A DNA stretch of 64,000 bases, taken from positions 1-64,000 of the forward strand of contig JAIVFI010000024.1 of assembly GCA_025558095.1 (NCBI GenBank), in the 5' to 3' direction. Position numbers and translations under genes: made by a program. Source of the stretch: Hyaloraphidium curvatum SAG 235-1. Taxonomy: Eukaryota; Fungi; Monoblepharomycota. This document shows, one piece after another, positions 23,899 to 34,709 of this stretch (within the stretch, counting starts at the first letter, position 1; every line of letters starts with the position of its first letter). A model generated the notes under the pieces. The model was not told where the DNA came from and made no database searches. It worked only from the letters and a program-made list of their open reading frames with translations.

Positions 23899-24205
23899 CG
23901 TGGTCCTTCCTCGTGCTGCGCTCCGAGCCCGGAACCACTTCGGGCCGCTCGTCCGTCTCAGAAGGGGCCCGGTCGTCGCCGCTTCGGAATCCGGCTGATT
24001 GTGCCTCAATCTTGATGGATTCCTGTGCTCTTTAGCATCGCATCATAGCCTTTTGTTGGATATCTGTTCCTGAGTTCGCCATCGCCGTAGTCACGCGTCA
24101 CGGCGCAAGGGACCAGCGTCAGGGTGCGCCGTCGAGACTCGCGTTCTTCTCGATACGCATCGCGGCGAGGGACGGCCGCCACCGGGCCGTTCGGATCGAC
24201 GGACA

Positions 24206-26321
24206 ATGTCTGCGGCACAGCAGAGCCTCCACGCGGCCGCAAAGTCCGGCATGGCATCGACCGTCGCTGCTCTCCTGCGCGACGCCACCGTGGATCCGAA
24301 CGCGCTGGACAAAGGAGGATTCTCGGCCCTCCATTCTTCTTGCTTCGAGAACCATCTGGAATGCGTGCTGGAACTGGTCGCGGATCAACGCGTGGACGTC
24401 AACCGCAAGGGAAAGGGCGGCTACTCGGCGCTCCACTTCGCGGCGCGCGAAGGACACCTTCCCATCGTCGAGACGCTGCTTTCTCTGCCTCCAGAAAGGC
24501 TCGATGCGGATTTAAAGACCGATTTCGGATTGACTCCGCTCATGTTGGCTGCCCGCGAAGGACGGCGGGACGTCGTCCGGGCCTTCATCGGCCTCCGGCG
24601 CGGTCGGATTGATCCCGAGCAACGCGTTCCGGACACGGGCTACACCGCCTTCCACTTCGCTTGCGATCTGGGCCTCGGTAACGAAAAGACAAAGGAGGCT
24701 CAGAAGGCCAAGGAGTCGGGGCAGGTGGCTTCCAGCGAGCTCGACTTCCGGGCACGGAAGAACCAGGTCGTCCAGCTTCTCGCCGACTCCCTTCCGGAAA
24801 CTGCCCGCAATGCCCGCAACTCCAGAGGAGAGACCCCCTTCCTCCGCGCTTCCGCCTCGGGCTTCATCGAGGGCACACGCTCCCTGATCGAGTCCCGCAG
24901 GGTCGACCTGACCGCCGTCGACTTCGATGGCGCCAACGGATTCGCGGCGGCCTGCGGTGCCGGGCACGTGGACCTCGTGGTCGACCATCTGTTGACATTG
25001 GCAGTCAGCCTCCCCCCCGGGTTCGCGAACGGGCGCGACCGGCAAGGTCGCACGGGCCTCGCGCGGGCGGTGATCAAGGGGCGGCACGATCTCGTCAGGG
25101 AGCTCCTTCTCCTGGAGGAGACGGACCCGAACCTGGCCGACAACGACGGCAACACCCCCTTCCACCATGCCTGCAGGGGCGGCCAAATGGAGATGATCAA
25201 GCTGTTCTTGGACCGCTTCGGGCGATTCGACCACGCTGCCCACAACGCGCACGGTCAGCAGGCGCCGGACCTTGTTCTTGATCCGGCGGATCAGGAAACC
25301 GTCAGGCGCGCACTCCGCTACGCCGAAGACAACCATGCATCCAAGAAGCTCCCGGCTGCCGAGTTCGTAATCTCCAAAGATGCCAAGGTGCTTGGCACGG
25401 GAGGCTTTGGCGAGGTCGTTGTGGGGACCTTTCGAGGCCCACAGGCGGCAATCAAGAGGTCGAAGCAGAAACCGTTCCCTGCGGAGAAGTTCGCCGAGTT
25501 CCTGAGGGAGGTCATGATCTGGAATTCCGTCGGGGACCATGCAAACGGTGGGTTCTCCAATGCGAGACGGAGTGCCAAGTTGCCGCAATCAACCTTTCCT
25601 ACCCCCCAGTGCTGCCCCTGTTCGGCTACTGCGACGACCCTCCCATGATCGCCTGTCCCCTTGCTGCTGCCGACCTCCTGAACTACCTCTGGAAGCGACG
25701 AGAGCAGCCCGACTATTGGAAGCTCGCCGGTGGCCTGCTTCGCGATGTCGCTGCCGGGCTGGCGCACTGCCACGGTCGCTCCATCATCCACGCGGACCTC
25801 AAGCCCACGAACGTGCTGGTTTTCGAGGACAATCACGGCAAGGTGGTTGCTAAGATCGCCGACTTTGGCGGATCCCGGCTTCGCTTTGGGCACTCGGTGT
25901 CTGGGAAGAGCGTCATCCCGGTCGGAACCGTGCCGTTCCAGCCGCCCGAGGCCTTCTACATGGCCCCGGAGCTACGGGCATCGGCGGATCGGCGCCGAAC
26001 GATTCGAGCCCGAAAACCTGGCGACATATATGCCTTCGCGATGGTGTGCTACCAGGCTGCGACGAGGGGGTATGAACCATTCTATCAGGTTCCTGAGGCC
26101 GAGGTTGGTTCTCCCATGCGCTGGTCGATCCCGGACCTCTCCTCACTGCGCTTCAGATCAAGCTCAAGGTCGGAGAGCTCGACCAACGCCCGGAGCCTCC
26201 GTCAGATATGCCGAAGAAGCTGGCGGAGCTGATGAAGGAGTGCTGGAATCGGGACCCCGACAAGAGGCCCTCGATGGACAAGGTGGTCGAGAGAATGGAT
26301 GCCATCTTGGCAGAACTGTGA
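24206..26321 (+). CDS. Ankyrin-repeat protein with C-terminal TKL-like protein kinase
   Basis: Multiple ankyrin repeats (GYSALHFAAREGH, GLTPLMLAAREG, GNTPFHHAC); GTGGFGEV, AAIK, HADLKPTN, DFG, YMAPE, ECWNRDPDKRPSM. Confidence 0.88.
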
Positions 26322-26576
26322 TGCATGTCGTTGCTTTTGTCGAATGGAGTCGAAAGGAAGGCGGAACGGACTCGTGGACTCCTCGCCACAGCCGCTGGCC
26401 GGGGCCGGCATTTCGGGCTGCCAAATCACCCGACGCTCCGGTCCCCAGCGACCTACCTGCCCACAGAGCCCGGACGGCGTGACGCCGTTCGACTTTGCGG
26501 ACGTCTTTCCATCACCGAGCTCCTTGAGCCGGGCCCCTATCTCCTTTCCCGCTCCTCTCCCGACGAGCTCGGCAAC

Positions 26577-28895
26577 ATGGCCGCGGACGCGCCCCCTCAG
26601 CCCGTCATGACCATCGAGGAGTTCAACAAGACCATTACCGCGCCCGGGTCGCCCTTTGAGACCGAGGAGAAGACGATTCGCGGGCTCAAGGTGGGGCATT
26701 TGACGGCGTGTGGACGTCTCCCAAGCTCACGCTCCCGTGCCGCGACCGCCGCCTTCATTCCACTTCTGTGTCCCCCTTCCGCTACCTGCTGGACAGCAAA
26801 CTGTCTGGAAGAACGCGCTCAGGAACATCCCCGCGCTGTTCAAGGCCTCCAAGGCCTTTGCGGACAGGGACTACCTCACGTACACGGACCCCTTCACCAA
26901 GAAGACGACCGCGTACACGTACGGCCAGGCCCACCGGACCGTGGCGCTGCTGGCCAAGGCGTTCGAGCGCTGGGGGGTCAAGGCCGGCGACAAGGTGATT
27001 CGCGGGCCCCAAACCCCGGCGAGCGACAGCTGACCTCCCTTCCATTGATCCAGGTCTCGATCTGCTCGCGCAACAACTGCGAATGGGTCATCTTCTGGTG
27101 GGCCTCGGTCTGCTCGGGCTGCGTCACCTGCCCCATCAACTCGTGGCTGCTCGGCCCCGAGATGTCGTACTGCATCACCCTGGCCGACACCTCGGTCCTC
27201 GTGGTGGACGAGGAGCGCATGGAGCGGCTGGTGCCCGAGTTGCCCAAGCTCAAGGAGGCGGGGCTCAAGAAGGTGGTGCTGGTCAGGAGCGAGGGCGGGT
27301 CGGCCAAGTTCCGCGGGCTGGGGGTGGACGTGCTGACGATGGAGGAGCTGCTGGCGCCGCTGGAGAAGGAGTTTGGCGGCAAGGAGGTCGAGCTGCCCGA
27401 CGTCGACCCGGAGCCGGAGGAGGATGCTACCATTCTCTTCACTTCGTGGGTGATGCCGGCGAGGAGATGGGGAGGCATCCGTTCATTTCGGTGCCCTCAC
27501 GGCCACCCACAGCGGCACCACCGGATTCCCCAAGGGCGCGCTCGGCACGCACCGCGGCTACTGCACCAACCTCATCAACGTCACCATGGCCACCATCCGC
27601 GCCTTCTTCCGCCGCGGCGAGGCGCTCCCCGAGCCGGACCCCAAGGCGCCGCAAAGCGTGTTCCTGCTCGGCGTGCCGCTGTTCCACGTCACGGGCTGCT
27701 TCTCGATCATCGGGCCCGTCACGCAAAACGGTGGCAAACTCGTGATCATGGTGGGTTCTCCGTCGCAGCCCCCAGCCCGTGCTCACGCCCCTCCAAGTAC
27801 AAATGGGACGCGGGCGAGGCTCTCCGCCTCATCCACGCCAACCGCGTCACCGGCCTGTCGTCGGTCCCCGCGCAGGCGATCCAGCTGCTCGAACACCCCG
27901 ACTTTGAGAAGTACGACACGTCGTCGGTGCTCTCCTGGGGCGTCGGCGGCGCGGCGACGCCGGCCGAGATCGTGGGCAAGGTCAAGCAGAGGCTGCCGCA
28001 GGTGCCGCTCGGGAACGGATACGGCGCGGTCGGTTTCCCGAACGGACACCCTGGGACTTGCCAGCTCACTTCCGTGTGGCAGACCGAGACCTCGTCCGTC
28101 GCCTGCTCCAACGGCGCCGAGGACTACCGCCGCAAGCCCACCTCCGTGGGCGTCGTCCCCCCCGTCAACAAGGCCAAGATCGTCGACCCCGAGACCCTGC
28201 AGGAGCTCCCCCGCGAATCGATCGGCGAGATCTGGCTGTACGGCCCCAACGTGATCAAGGCGTACTACAAGGACCCGAAAAAGACGGAGGAGACGTTCCC
28301 GGGAGGGTGGTACAGGACGGGGGACGTGGGTAGGATGGACGACGAGGGGTTCATCTACGTCATGGACCGCATCAAGGAGGTGCGGCTGTCGTCGAAGGGG
28401 CTTGAAGCACTCGCTGACGTTCTCGGCTCTCCAGGTCATCATCCGCGGGGGCGAGAACGTGGGTCGACTTTCCGCGCTCCTTTCGCGGGCCTTGCTCACC
28501 CCGGTTTCCGATTGCAGATCTACACCGCGACCGTCGAAAACGCCATCCTCGCGCACCCCGGCGTCCTCGACTGCGCCGTGCTACCCATTCCCCACCGCGT
28601 CCTGGGCGAGGAGGTGGCGGCGGTGGTCCAGGCCAAGCCCGGGTGGGAGACCAAGCTGACGGACGAGGACGTGATCCGGCACGCGCGGACGCGGCTTGGG
28701 GCGTTCCAGGTGCCCGTGTACGTGGAGGTGTGGACGACGGAGCTGCCCAAGAATGGTGGGTGGTGCGAACGGCGGGCTTCAGCCGGGGAACTGATGGCAT
28801 GTTGGGCAGCGAACGGCAAGACGCTCAAGCGTGAGATGAAGGATGCCGTGGCCAAGAACGCGGAGCAGCGGCGCGGGGCGTCGGCCAAGCTCTGA
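26577..28895 (+). CDS. Acyl-CoA synthetase (AMP-binding) paralog, peroxisomal PTS1 -AKL
   Basis: LFTS|GTTGFPKG, VPLFHVTG, GNGYG|TETS, WYRTGDVG, IIRGGEN, NGKTLK; C-terminal AKL. Confidence 0.92.
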   Translation: MAADAPPQPVMTIEEFNKTITAPGSPFETEEKTIRGLKVGHLTACGRLPSSRSRAATAAFIPLLCPPSATCWTANCLEERAQEHPRAVQGLQGLCGQGLPHVHGPLHQEDDRVHVRPGPPDRGAAGQGVRALGGQGRRQGDSRAPNPGERQLTSLPLIQVSICSRNNCEWVIFWWASVCSGCVTCPINSWLLGPEMSYCITLADTSVLVVDEERMERLVPELPKLKEAGLKKVVLVRSEGGSAKFRGLGVDVLTMEELLAPLEKEFGGKEVELPDVDPEPEEDATILFTSWVMPARRWGGIRSFRCPHGHPQRHHRIPQGRARHAPRLLHQPHQRHHGHHPRLLPPRRGAPRAGPQGAAKRVPARRAAVPRHGLLLDHRARHAKRWQTRDHGGFSVAAPSPCSRPSKYKWDAGEALRLIHANRVTGLSSVPAQAIQLLEHPDFEKYDTSSVLSWGVGGAATPAEIVGKVKQRLPQVPLGNGYGAVGFPNGHPGTCQLTSVWQTETSSVACSNGAEDYRRKPTSVGVVPPVNKAKIVDPETLQELPRESIGEIWLYGPNVIKAYYKDPKKTEETFPGGWYRTGDVGRMDDEGFIYVMDRIKEVRLSSKGLEALADVLGSPGHHPRGRERGSTFRAPFAGLAHPGFRLQIYTATVENAILAHPGVLDCAVLPIPHRVLGEEVAAVVQAKPGWETKLTDEDVIRHARTRLGAFQVPVYVEVWTTELPKNGGWCERRASAGELMACWAANGKTLKREMKDAVAKNAEQRRGASAKL

Positions 28896-29261
28896 GCGGG
28901 CTGTATTGAATACAGGAGACGCAGATAGATCACGCTTTTGTCCCCTTTTGTCCCTTTGGGATCAGTCATCCCCCTGCGGAGCGGGGCGGGAGGGACTTGC
29001 ACCGCCAAATTGGGTCCGCCCTCAGCGACGAACCCCGACTCGGTAGCGCCGCAGCGCCGGGCCATCGCGCCGATTCCGGCGGCGGATCGCTTTCCGGTGC
29101 ATCGGAGCTCTGCGCGCATCGCTCGGCGGAAGACGAACCCCGCTGAGGAAGCGGCGGTCCGCGGGACCGATTGGACCCCGCTTCGACGCGCCCCGCACAT
29201 GCGAATCGCGGCCGGCTCCGCGTGGATCTGATTTTGTTGCGATCGGATGACATTTGCCGCG

Positions 29262-30266
29262 ATGCCCGCGCGGCGCCGACATACGCTGCTCGCGGCGCTC
29301 GCCTCGGTGCTGCTGATTCCTCTGCTGACGCCGGCGGCCGGCGCCTTCCCCCCCGCCAACAAAACCGTCCTGGCGGTGTCGTCGCTCGTCGAGGACCCCA
29401 CGCTGGACTACGTGAGCTCCGCGTCGGCCACGCTGGATCCCACGCTGGACGCCGCGGCGCCGACAATCTCCGCGGACTTGTCCGCAATCGATCAAGGCGG
29501 TTTGCCGCCGCTGCCGGACGCCATGGCGGGGGTTGCGGTGCAGCTGATGACCGCAAAGCGTGCCTCGGCCTCGCAGTCCCGCAGCATCGCGCCGACGGAG
29601 ACTTTGGAGCCCGATCCGGAGGAGGAGCCGCTCACGTCGACGTCGAGGTCTACGGCCCGCAAGACGACCCGCCGGAAAAGGACGAGGACCACCACGACCA
29701 CCGAGGATCCCGAGACAACCCGCAGGAAGGTGCCCCGGACCACGGCTCGAGCCGTCGCGCCCCCGAGCCCGCCCCCGCCCCCGCCCCCGCCTCCCAGCCC
29801 GCCCGTGACCCCCTCGGGTTCCTACCCCTTCTCCGGCCGTGCCACCTGGTACAATCCGTGGTAGTTAGCCGATGCGCCATGTGGCAGCGAAGTTCCCGCT
29901 CACGATGGTCCAGCGACCCGCGCCAGAACCACGGCTTCACCTGCCTCGGCACCTGCGACAACCACCTGGACGACGGCTCCAACGTGGTGGCCATCAACGT
30001 GCAGCAGTACCAGAGCTGGATGTGCGAAAAGGCGTGCGTCGAGGTGCTGGACGTGGAAAAGGGGATCGCGAAGCGGTTCAGGGTCGCCGACTCGTGCGCC
30101 GCGTGCGGGTACGGCGGGATCGACTTCACCCCGGCGTCGCTGGCGCAGTTCGGGCGGACCACCGTTGGCTGGGAGGACGCGGAGTTCCCGGTGCGTTGGC
30201 ATCGCGCGCTACTTTCGGGGCGCTGCTGACTACCCCTCCGCCCAGATTCGTTGGAAGTGGTGCTGA
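29262..30266 (+). CDS. Secreted RlpA/expansin-like double-psi beta-barrel protein with Thr/Pro linker
   Basis: Signal-like TLLAALASVLLIPLLTPAAGA; poly-Pro linker; FSGRATWY, VVAIN, VADSCAAC..GIDFT; last exon IRWKWC*. Confidence 0.78.
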
Positions 30267-30407
30267 CTGCAATGAACCTCGCTACGCAAACCTTCTCCGA
30301 CTTCCCCCTTCCAATAATTGTTCTGAATCCGGCATACATACTCCGTCCAACCATGCATAACTCATGCACACAAAACGGCAACCGCATCCCGCGGCCAGCA
30401 GGCCCGA

Positions 30408-33400
30408 TCAGTCGTGCGCCTCCTTCCCGACGTGCGAATGGGAATAGTAGTTCATGAACGCCGGGTCGTTGGCGAGCTCAACGATCGTGCGCCGCAGCTT
30501 GTTGGCGTCGATCGGCTTAGGGATGAACCTGCCGAGGGCAAAGTCAGCCGCCGCGCGTGCGGCAGGCAGTGCGTAGAAGGGGCGCACCTGTCCATCCCGT
30601 TGGCGATGCAGATTTCCTCGTCCCCCTTCATCGCGTTGGCGGTCAGCGCGACGATGGGGATCCTGCGCTCCGCGTAGGGGCGCTTCTTGCCCCGCGGGGA
30701 CATGACCGAGGCCGCGAAGAGGTTGACCTCGTACTCGCGGATGAGCCGGGTGGCGCCGTGGCCGTCGAGCTCGGGCATTTGGACTGCGGGTGGCGGGGCG
30801 GGAGGGTGAGATTGGCCATGACGGCGGCAATGCGGACGACGCACCGTCCATGAGGATGAGGTCGAACAGGTCCACGTGCACCTCCCTCTCCTCCCCGTCC
30901 TCGGAAAAGTGCGACCCCGGCGAGAAGCCCGACAGGTTGGACCCCGCCCGGTCCATCAAGCCGAACTCGCCCGACACGATCCTGTCCACCGTTAGGTTGC
31001 CCGAGAACTTCCCGCCGGGGCCGAAGACGGCGGCGCCGCTCGAGAGGGAATCGGAGCCGCCCTGGTCGAAGAGGGGGACGCCCATGCTGCGGAGGTAGGC
31101 GTCCACGGCCAGGCGGCCGTTCTCGACCGACACCACGCGGTGTCCGACCTGCAAGCACGGGTCAGAAAGGGCACGATCGGGGCAAATCCACGTGCACCGG
31201 GCCACCTTTTGGAGGATCCGCTCGATCAGCCTCTGGTTGACCGGGTTGTCCTCGGCGAGCAGGATCCGCAGCGACCTGTTCTGATCCGCGCTCGGGCCGC
31301 TCGGCACCGCCAGCTCCTGCTTGCCCGCCGCCGCCGCGGGCTTGGCCTGCCGCGGCGACGGCGGCGCCGCCTCCGGTCCCGGATCGGGCGCCGTCACCGC
31401 GATCTTGGGCTTCGCGGCCTCCACCTCGTGCCTCCGCGGCGCCGGTGGCATCAGCGTCCTCTCGATCCCGTCCGACCGCTGCCTCTCCAGCGACCCGTCC
31501 GAGGCCTTCCTGGCCGGCGCCGCCGCCGGCTCGAAGAACCCGCCCGCCGCCGACACCGCCCTTTCCGCGCTCTCGAACCCCTCCCCCGTGCCCCCCGGCG
31601 TGCCGGGCGTGGCCAGCGGCACCAGCACCACCGTGAACACGAACCGGGACCCGCTCCCCTCCTCGCTCGCCACCTCGAGCCTCCCCCCCATCCGCGAGAC
31701 CAGGTCCTTGCATATCGACAGGCCCAGCCCCGTGCCCCCAAACACGCGGGCCATGCTCCCGTCGGCCTGCTGGAAGGGCTCGAAGATGATGCCGAGCTTG
31801 TCGGCGGGGATGCCGATGCCCGTGTCCTCGACGACGAAGCGCACGTCCGTCGGCCGCGTGGAGGGCTCGGGCAGGTCCACGGTGACGGTGATGCGGCCCT
31901 TCTTGGTGAACTTGACCGCGTTGCCGGCCAGGTTGACGATGATCTGCCTGAGCCGGGTGGAGTCGCCGAGCACGCGGTCGTGGATCTCGTCCGAGACGGC
32001 GACCGAGAGCTTGATGTCCTTTTCCCGCGCCTTGGCCACGAACGGGGTCAGCGCGTCCTTGAGCAGCCGCCGGATCGAAAAGGGGTGCGTCTGCAGGTCC
32101 ATCTTGCCTGCCTCGATCCGCGAGATGTCGAGCAGATCGTCGATGATGCGCAGCAGCGAGTTTGCGCTCTCGTGCGCCGCGCCCACCAGCTCGCGGTGCT
32201 CCGGATCCAGCGGCGGGTCCGCGGCCTCGAGCACGAGCCCCGTCATCCCCAGGATCCCCGTCATGGGCGTGCGGATCTCGTGGGACATGTTGGCGAGGAA
32301 CTGGGTCTTGACCCTGTTTGCCTCGACGGCCTGCTCGCGCGCCTCGACGAGCTGCGTCACGTCGATGCACGAGCCCGCCATCCGCATGGGGTTGCCGAAC
32401 TCGTCGCGGCTGACCTGCCCGCGCACCTGGAACCAGCGGTGCTTGCCCGTGGGGTTGGTCAGCATGCGGACCTCGAGGTCGAAGGGCGAGTTGCGGCGGA
32501 GGTGCTCCGCGAGGGCAAAGTCCCAGCGGGGGCGGTCCGAGGGGTGCACGCGCGAGTGCAGGAGCTCGGCCATGGTGCCGCGGAACTCGGTGTGGTGGCC
32601 CTCGAGGAGGGAGCCGAGTTCGGGGGAGAAGAAGACGGTGGCGCGCTCCAGCAGCGGCAGCGGGGCCGGCTGGGCCAGCACGTCCGCGGTCTCGAACTGC
32701 AGGAACCACAGGCCGATGCGGGCGGCGCGCGCGGCGAACTCGAGGCGCTCCTCGGCGATCTTGCGCTGCGCCTGGGCGAGGTTGTTGGCGGCGGTGATGC
32801 GCGCCGAGGTGATGAGGTTGCCGCAGGTGGCGAGGAAGGGGGCGAGGAAGTTGACGATGTCGGCGGTGTAGCCGTCGACTTTGTTGGCCACGCCGAGCAT
32901 GCCGACCATGGTGCGGCCCGAGAAGAAGGGCAGGCCGAGGAAGCGGTTCAGCGGCGGGTGGCCGGGGGGAAGGCCGCCGCGGCGCGGGTCCGAGTACGGG
33001 TCGTTGGAGATGACGGCCTTGCCGGTGGTCATGACGCGGCCGAAGATGGTGTTGAGGTTGCGGAACTCGAGGCCGACGCCGGGGCCGCCGGTCGACATGG
33101 AGCGGTAGAAGTTGCGGGTGCCGTCGTCCCACGAGATGTCGGTGATGGCGTAGGTGCGCAGGTACGGCACGTCCGGCGCGGACTCGTCATACAGGACTGG
33201 AGGGAGGTGGCAGTGGAGACGGATCACGTCCCAGGGCGGCGGGAGGGGACGGGGTGGAAGGATCGCGCGGAAGTGAGCAAATTGGGCCAACAGAGGCGGC
33301 ATATCCGCTGCCACGTACCCTCGCCAATGAAGCCGTACTCGCTCTCGGTGATCATGAGCAGCACCTGTATAAATTGCTCGAAGTTATAGGCGGTTCGCCC

Positions 33401-33761
33401 AGAAAGGACCGGGCAGGCCGTGACGGCCACCCACCCTCAGCAGCTCGGCAAACAGCTCGCCCAGGTCCACGCCGGTCTCCATGACGTGCCTGCTCTGCGC
33501 CCGCGTGATGGCCTCGACGAGGATGCGGTAGTGCGAGACGTCCAGCGGCGTTTTGCGCACCGAGCGCGGGCGCGCCACGTGGCCGCCCTCGCCGTCCTCG
33601 ACGGCGCCGTCGGCGTTCCATATCTCGGCGTCGCCGTCGGCGGGGGCTTCGTCGGGCGGCGGCTCGCCGCCCGCGGGGAAGCGCGGCGCGGCGATGTGCA
33701 CGCCCGTCAGCACCGCCTCGCGCTGCTCCGCCTCGACGGCGTCCTGCAGCCGCAGCCACAT
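30408..33761 (-). CDS. Hybrid sensor histidine kinase (GAF-PAS-HisKA-HATPase-REC); start uncertain
   Basis: [20 protein letters not shown]; PAS VHPSD..WFQVRG; H-box [13 protein letters not shown]; [10 protein letters not shown]; DTGIG; GGTGLGL; [32 protein letters not shown]. Confidence 0.93.
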
Positions 33762-34709
33762 CGCCTGCCGCCCGATGCCCGGCCTGCGGTCTAACCCCCC
33801 TAAAGGGCGGGAGCAAAACGGGGACACCGGTCGGCGCGGTCTGGACGTGCGGCCCCTGGGCCGATCGCGGGGACCGAAAAACACCCTACCAGCCGCCCAT
33901 GGGATGGGGCAAAATGCCGCCCGGGCGAGGGCCGTCGTTCGCACGCTCGCCCTGTGCCGGCTATCGACGTCTGCCGGTTGGGTTGCATGTCTTCTGCGGG
34001 CAGGGCGCACTCGGTGGTTGTCAAACCACCCTGATCCCGCGGCGAGGTGCTTGGCATCTACTCAGCACACGGCGGAAACTCGCAGAACTGATGTCCCCCG
34101 GTGATTTCCGGAGCAGGATTCGGGGCTTGCTTTGTTCACCGTCCCCACGACGGCCTGGCCGGGGACCCTTGCGCCCTTGCGCTGGCGGTGGCCATGAGTT
34201 GGGGGAGCGCCAGTGCCAGACCGGGACGGTAAGGAAGCCAGACGAGCAACATGTTTGATACTTTGGGAATCGAGGGTCTTGTCTTGGTGCACCAGCATCA
34301 CATCAGCAGATTGGGTGCTATCAAGGCGGGTCCGGTCGAAGTGCAGCTTCCCGTGATGGCCCTCCCGAAAAGACGGCCGTTAAAGCCATAGAGCCTCGAT
34401 GGCAGGCAATGAATGTCCCTGCTCATCTTCTCTCGTGGTTCGCCGCGGCTCGTTTGTGATGCGCCTTGTTTCCGGTTTTCCGCAGCCCGTCCCCCGGCAC
34501 GACGCCGGCAGCGCCATCCCGGCAGGGGAGCGTTCGAATCCGCCCGGAGACCCTACAACGGACGATTTTCCATCTGATCCAGGGAGAGCGGGCCTTTCCC
34601 GGCGCCGTCCGCGGGCGCAGCGAAGGGAGTTGCCACCGCGGGTCGCCGTGATGCCGGCCCGACGCCGGCCCGCTTTGTCTCGCCCACACGGCCCGCCTCC
34701 CGGCCCCCC

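Noticed and set aside
31140-33389. Very long + strand ORFs (749 aa, 516 aa) and similar ones at 53318-55180, 54456-56381 and 39862-41559
   Set aside because: Antisense or off-frame shadows of high-GC3 genes; Arg/Gly/Pro-rich with no motifs
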